A DNA stretch of 21,363 nt, filler included, from Candidatus Woesearchaeota archaeon B3_Woes (GTDB lineage Archaea > Nanobdellota > Nanobdellia > Woesearchaeales > B3-WOES), in assembly GCA_005222965.1 (NCBI GenBank). It is 3 parts of 3 records of this genome, joined end to end, with 100 filler letters (N's around TTAATTAATTAA, not from the genome) between each part and the next. Parts side by side here need not be neighbours in the genome. Positions count along the whole stretch, not along the records: positions 13,240 to 21,363 come from NJBG01000002.1; 2 more parts are not named here. One strand, 5' to 3'. Every line of letters begins with the position of its first letter. Position 1 is the first letter of the stretch. Under the pieces are notes generated by a model, which searched no databases, was not told the DNA's origin, and was given only the letters and a program-made list of their open reading frames with translations. Below, one piece after another: positions 17,016 to 21,363 of this stretch. The position numbers were made by a program, and so were the translations under genes.

Positions 17016-17711
17016 TTATCCATTTACTCCTTTTTCTTTATTTTTAGACCAGGGTTTACCACAGGATAATTCCCCTTCGGGGCAAGGTCCTAAAATGCAA
17101 GGCGGCCCGGCATTTTCAAATATAGTTGGGGCAATTTTTTTAACTTCTCTTAACATATTCATAGCAACTTCTCTAATCTCCCATTGAGCTCTATTGCAAC
17201 ATCTTAATTTAAAGATAAGCAGTAATTCCCGTGCATTTGCAGATATTATCATTTTAGTTGTAACCGCCTGTGGCAAAATATATCTTGCATCTTCTGCTTC
17301 TATATTATGATCTAATAATATATGGTAAATTCTGTCTAATTTTTTAATAGCATTGATAAATATTTTATTTAATTTTTCTTCCTGCGCAATAGATTTTGGA
17401 ACAATATAAGGAAATCCTTTTTCACTTATTTTAACGTACCTTTGGCTTTGTTGAGAAAAAGAAGCAAGCCGATGTCTTACTAACTGATGAGAAGTGACCC
17501 GGGAAATTCCTTCTATAGCAAAAGTAAAAGTGGCATGCTCTAAAACAGAATAATGTCCCAATTTTATTATCTTTTTAATTAAGTTTGTTCTGGATTTATC
17601 AGTAAACTTTTCATTTAATTCATCAATACCTAATTCAGAATAACATAATCTTGCTGACTGAGCTACTATTTTTTCAGGGTCTTTAGTGTAATTTATCAAC
17701 CTAACTTTCAT
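17016..17711 (-). CDS. thyX: FAD-dependent thymidylate synthase
   Basis: HYSVLEH, RHRLASFSQQSQRY, EDARYILP, AQWEIR. Confidence 0.97.
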   Translation of the reverse strand: MKVRLINYTKDPEKIVAQSARLCYSELGIDELNEKFTDKSRTNLIKKIIKLGHYSVLEHATFTFAIEGISRVTSHQLVRHRLASFSQQSQRYVKISEKGFPYIVPKSIAQEEKLNKIFINAIKKLDRIYHILLDHNIEAEDARYILPQAVTTKMIISANARELLLIFKLRCCNRAQWEIREVAMNMLREVKKIAPTIFENAGPPCILGPCPEGELSCGKPWSKNKEKGVNG

Positions 17712-17727
17712 AGAATTAAACTCCTGT

Positions 17728-18006
17728 AACTAAAAACGTAAAGCGAAAAGCGAAAAACCATAATTCAAAACTCAAAACTTATCTTCCTCTTGAGAGTTAA
17801 TATACTTGAACGCAATATATTTGCTAATTCTTTTATTTCGTTTAAAAGTATTCTTCTGTTTGTTATTTATTTTCTTAGTATCTTTCGGTAAATTAGTCCA
17901 ATATATATTCTCTATTATAAGATTTAAAGTAATAATCAAAAAAACCGTCCTAATATTTTAAGTTTTAAGCTAGGGTTTTGCGTTTTGCACTTTTAGTTTT
18001 TCGCTA
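17728..18006 (-). mobile_element. Inverted-array element carrying a decayed four-helix-bundle gene
   Basis: Arms 17728-17780 and ~17958-18006 are imperfect inverted repeats shared with three other copies. Confidence 0.72.
17779..17945 (-). pseudogene. Four-helix-bundle protein (TIGR02436 / 23S rRNA IVP-like) C-terminal remnant
   Basis: Reads FLIITLNLIIENIYWTNLPKDTKK, then in a shifted frame ILLNEIKELANILRSSILTLK(GR*). This resembles the family C-terminus 'F..IALKSANETxYWLxLLRD...LLxExxELxxILxSSILTLK' as recalled from memory. Confidence 0.65.
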
Positions 18007-18079
18007 ATTCTGCTCTCACTTCATGCCCGCGCCTATACGCTATACGCTCTACGCTAGTTCCGCGATACGATATACGAAA

Positions 18080-18658
18080 CTATTTCTTTAGTACTACATG
18101 GCATTTCCGACATCTCGCTTCATAACTTTCTTTTGCTCCAATCAATATGGTTGGATCGCTATACTTTGCTGGCTGACCATTTACTAATCTTTGAGTCCTG
18201 GAAGCAGTATTACCACAAATTATACATATTGCTTGTAACTTATCTACATATTCTGCTACTGCAAGCAATTTAGGTATCGGGCCAAATGGTTCTCCCCTAA
18301 AATCCTGGTCTAAACCTGCAATGATTACCCTTTTCCCTTGATCTGCAAGTTCTTGGCAAATGGATACAATATCATCATCATAAAATTGAGCTTCATCAAT
18401 AGCGATTACCTCAGTATCCGGTTCAATACTTTCTAAAATTTCTTTTGGCTTAGTAATATTTATAGCTTCAACCTTAGTGCCATTATGTGAGTAAATATAC
18501 TGAACAGCGTATCTATTATCAATTGTTGGTTTAAATACCTGAACCTTTTTTTTAGCAATTTGAACTCTACGCACTCTTCTTATTAATTCTTCACTCTTCC
18601 CGCTAAACATACTCCCACATATAACTTCGATCCAACCAGTATTTTCACCTTCACGCAT
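18080..18658 (-). CDS. tdk: Thymidine kinase
   Basis: [32 protein letters not shown], CxxC...[11 protein letters not shown] 18658 follows SD GGAGG. Confidence 0.97.
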   Translation of the reverse strand: MREGENTGWIEVICGSMFSGKSEELIRRVRRVQIAKKKVQVFKPTIDNRYAVQYIYSHNGTKVEAINITKPKEILESIEPDTEVIAIDEAQFYDDDIVSICQELADQGKRVIIAGLDQDFRGEPFGPIPKLLAVAEYVDKLQAICIICGNTASRTQRLVNGQPAKYSDPTILIGAKESYEARCRKCHVVLKK

Positions 18659-18684
18659 TTTTTCCCTCCTCTGCACTATAAAAT

Positions 18685-18716
18685 TAGTCGATAGTGAACA
18701 GTCGTTAGTCTTTAGC
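18685..18716 (-). repeat. CTAACGA-type array upstream of tdk
   Basis: Minus strand GCTAAAGACTAACGACTGTTCACTATCGACTA matches 10998-11029 upstream of dnaB. Confidence 0.8.
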
Positions 18717-18758
18717 TTAAAACTTAAAACTTTTTTCGTATAAAGTACTGCTTTTAAA

Positions 18759-18847
18759 GTAGGGGGTCGGATTTATCTGACCCGTTTTCATTGCGGATTC
18801 GATGCCTGCCTGTGTGTTTCCGCACGCTGACAGGCATCGAATCCTAC
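18759..18847. repeat. Inverted pair of GTAG-type REP-like palindromes (REPIN-like) with an extra hairpin in the second
   Basis: Starts with GTAG and ends with CTAC. Stem GGGTCGGA/TCTGACCC; perfect 14-bp stem 18795-18808 / 18831-18844. Confidence 0.7.
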
Positions 18848-18882
18848 GAAAAAAGAAAATTCCTATACAATTAAATTAACAT

Positions 18883-18920
18883 AAAAAAGACAGAACCCTA
18901 TAAAAGCTCTGTCTTTTTTT
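18883..18920 (-). terminator. Intrinsic terminator downstream of rpmE (possibly bidirectional)
   Basis: Minus strand GACAGAGC-loop-GTTCTGTC-TTTTTT, with an A-tract on the other side. Confidence 0.65.
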
Positions 18921-19079
18921 AAATAGATTCATCATTTTATTACAAATGTTCTTGAATAATATCTTTTTCTCTTTCATACTTTTTATTCTTGTAATCATTT
19001 ATCAAAAACTTTTTTATTTCTTTTTTAATGGTATATTTATTTTTGAAATTATTTAAATATTTTTATGGCAACACCTTAA

Positions 19080-19301
19080 TTAATTATCACTATCTTCATC
19101 ATTGGTTAAATTATATTTTTTATTAAATCTCTCAACTCTTCCCGCAGTATCAATCATCTTTTGTTTACCGGTAAAAAAGGGGTGACAGACAGAACATATT
19201 TCTACTTTCATGTTCTTTTTGGTAGAACCGGTTTCAAAGCTGTTACCGCAAGCACAACTTATTATTGATTTTTCATATTTTGGATGTATATCTTTTTTCA
19301 T
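19080..19301 (-). CDS. rpmE: 50S ribosomal protein L31 (zinc-binding type)
   Basis: MKKDIHPKY...CACG...[24 protein letters not shown]. Confidence 0.97.
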   Translation of the reverse strand: MKKDIHPKYEKSIISCACGNSFETGSTKKNMKVEICSVCHPFFTGKQKMIDTAGRVERFNKKYNLTNDEDSDN

Positions 19302-19356
19302 TTTTCCTTTCCTCTAACTTCCTTTTCTTTATATTTAATAGATTAAAAATATAGAA

Positions 19357-19385
19357 ATTATAACATATAATTATTTTAAGGTCAA
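19357..19385 (-). promoter_or_regulatory. Sigma70 promoter for rpmE
   Basis: TTGACC-17 nt-TATAAT with extended -10 TG. Confidence 0.7.
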
Positions 19386-19392
19386 AGTTTAA

Positions 19393-19712
19393 TTCGTATC
19401 TCGCTAAAAATTAGTTAGTTAGTTACCTGGTTAAGAAAATAAAAGAAAAAAACCAGGAGTCAGAATAAATTCGTATCGCGTAAAGAGAAAAAACTCAAAA
19501 AAAATAGTAACCATCATATTCGTATCGCCTATATTATATCAGCTATTTCCGTAAAAAAAAGATAAAAACAATAATTACAACTATTTTTTCTATATATCCT
19601 ATTAAAGTTTACACTAACTTCGTATCTCGTGAATCGTATCTCGTTTTTTTAATGTACAGCCTATAGAATATAGAATAATAAAAATTACAAAAGTCATAGA
19701 AGTCAGAATCCA
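19393..19712. repeat. Decayed short-array cluster between rho and rpmE
   Basis: TTCGTATCTCG; AGTTACCTGGTTAAGAAAATAAAAG (cf. 9730-9760); CCAGGAGTCAGAA; TCGTATCTCGTGAATCGTATCTCG (19620-19643, same as 9900-9923); AGAAGTCAGAATCC. Confidence 0.75.
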
Positions 19713-19845
19713 AAATAAAATTGGTATTGTGTATTGATTAAATAAAAAAATAAAAACAATAAAAAAACTATTATCTCCTTTTTCTAGGTGCCACACTAAA
19801 TTTACACTATCTAAAATTTTTTTTGTTTCTACTTAAAATATTTTA

Positions 19846-21096
19846 TTAAATATCCTGTTCTTTAATAGAATCTAAAAACTCTTGATTGTTCTTTGTCTTT
19901 TTTAATTTATTAATCACTAATTTTACCGCACCCAGAGATGATTGCGAAGACAGCGCTCTTCTTAGTAACCATATTTTCTGTAAATTTTCTTTTGGTAGTA
20001 ACAATTCTTCTTTTCGAGTACCTGATTTCCTAATATCAATTGCCGGAAATATTCGATTTTCAGAAAGTTCTCTATCTAACCTTAATTCCATATTGCCAGT
20101 ACCTTTAAATTCCTCAAATATTACATCATCCATTCTGCTTCCTGTCTCTACTAAAGCGGTTGCAAGTATAGTCAAGCTACCTCCCTCTTCAATATTTCTC
20201 GCTGCTCCAAAGAATCTTTTTGGTAAATAAAGAGCACTTGAATCTAAACCACCAGATAGAGTTTTTCCACTTGTTGGAATAGTTTGATTGTAAGCGCGCG
20301 CTAATCTCGTAATGCTATCTAATAATATGACTACATCTTTTTTTTGCTCTACTAACCTTTTAGCTCTTTCCAAGACAATTTCCGCTATTTTTATATGATT
20401 ACTTACAGGTTGGTCAAAAGTAGAGCTTATTACTTCAGCTTTCACTGATCTTTGCATGCCAGTTACTTCTTCTGGTCTTTCATCAACTAATAAAACCATA
20501 AGGTTTATTTCTGGATGATTAGCAGTTATCCCATTTGCAATCTTTTCCAGTAAAATTGTCTTACCTGCCTTTGGAGGGGAAACTATTAGACCTCGTTGAC
20601 CTTTTCCAATTGGTGAAAATATATCAATAATTCGTGTTGATAGTCCGCCTAATTTATTTTCTAATTTTATCATCTCTTCGGGAAAAAGAGGAGTAAGGTT
20701 TTCAAAATCTATTCTTTCTTTAGATAATTCTGGATCTTCATGGTTAACTGCTTCAATTTTCAATAAAGCATAATATCTTTCTCCTTCTTTAGGAGGTCTA
20801 ACCTGGCCTGACACAAGATCACCAATACTAAGATTAAATCTTCTTATTTGAGAAGGAGAAATATAAATATCATTTTCGCCTGGTAAATAGCCTCCTGTTC
20901 TTAAAAAACCAAATCCCTCATTCATAATCTCCAAAATCCCTTCAGAAAACATATAACCCTTCTTCTCTGTTTCAGCTTGTAAAATTTTGAAGATCAAATC
21001 CATCTTTTTTACTCTGGAAAAATTGTTAATATTATATTCTTTAGCAATTTTACATAAATCGTTAATCTTTTTTTCCTTTAATTCTGTTAAGAGCAA
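19846..21096 (-). CDS. rho: Transcription termination factor Rho
   Basis: [51 protein letters not shown] start after GGGAGG. Confidence 0.98.
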   Translation of the reverse strand: MLLTELKEKKINDLCKIAKEYNINNFSRVKKMDLIFKILQAETEKKGYMFSEGILEIMNEGFGFLRTGGYLPGENDIYISPSQIRRFNLSIGDLVSGQVRPPKEGERYYALLKIEAVNHEDPELSKERIDFENLTPLFPEEMIKLENKLGGLSTRIIDIFSPIGKGQRGLIVSPPKAGKTILLEKIANGITANHPEINLMVLLVDERPEEVTGMQRSVKAEVISSTFDQPVSNHIKIAEIVLERAKRLVEQKKDVVILLDSITRLARAYNQTIPTSGKTLSGGLDSSALYLPKRFFGAARNIEEGGSLTILATALVETGSRMDDVIFEEFKGTGNMELRLDRELSENRIFPAIDIRKSGTRKEELLLPKENLQKIWLLRRALSSQSSLGAVKLVINKLKKTKNNQEFLDSIKEQDI

Positions 21097-21363
21097 ATTG
21101 CAAGACCTCCCTTTTAATATAATTAGAGTTTATAAATATTTTTGCATTTTTTCAGACATTAATATATTTTTAAATTAACATAGTATCTATTTTTATAATG
21201 AATTTATCAATAAATTGCTTATGTGAAAAGCTATTTATAGCTTGTAAGAGTAACTAATACTTTCCCATCGTACTTTTTAATAAAAATGATAAACTTTAAG
21301 TAGTAATAATTTTTAGAAAATTCATTAAAAAGGGTGCTATTGAAGATTTATCCTTTTTATATA

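Noticed and set aside
19614..19796. 60-aa hydrophobic ORF downstream of rho
   Set aside because: It runs through AT-rich and repeat-array sequence with no recognisable motif. It cannot be excluded but is unsupported.
1030..21178. Numerous short antisense or overlapping ORFs (e.g. 1030-1227, 2635-2934, 5714-6112, 8798-9121, 15226-15570, 19886-20230)
   Set aside because: They lie opposite or within well-supported genes and show no motifs

Overview
AT-rich bacterial draft-genome window made of three contigs joined by artificial 100-nt linkers (44 N + TTAATTAATTAA + 44 N, at 6725-6824 and 13140-13239), so adjacency across the linkers is not biological evidence. Contig 1 (1-6724) is a surface-glycan locus. 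It holds two GT4 glycosyltransferases, a WecB/TagA glycosyltransferase, two radical SAM genes (one frameshifted), a frameshifted bicupin and IS3-family remnants. Contig 2 (6825-13139) holds an M16 peptidase 3' end, DUF951, rpsF (with an S6:S18 leader), rpsR, yybS, rplI, dnaB and four tRNAs. Contig 3 (13240-21363, minus strand) holds rho, rpmE, tdk, thyX, DUF1385, prfA, prmC, an LMW phosphatase and the start of rpiB. Gene order is Firmicutes-like; an Atribacterota-type origin is plausible but only an impression. The most striking unexplained structure is in the long housekeeping spacers, which are packed with several families of degenerate 7-bp (some 8-bp) tandem arrays arranged as nested inverted pairs. 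One family occurs four times, always co-oriented with host transcription. One copy still encloses a decayed four-helix-bundle (TIGR02436-like) gene, suggesting a repeat-bounded mobile cassette system. Also notable: prmC has no in-frame start for its N-terminal domain and sits behind an out-of-frame ATG with an A-AAU-UUC slippery heptamer.
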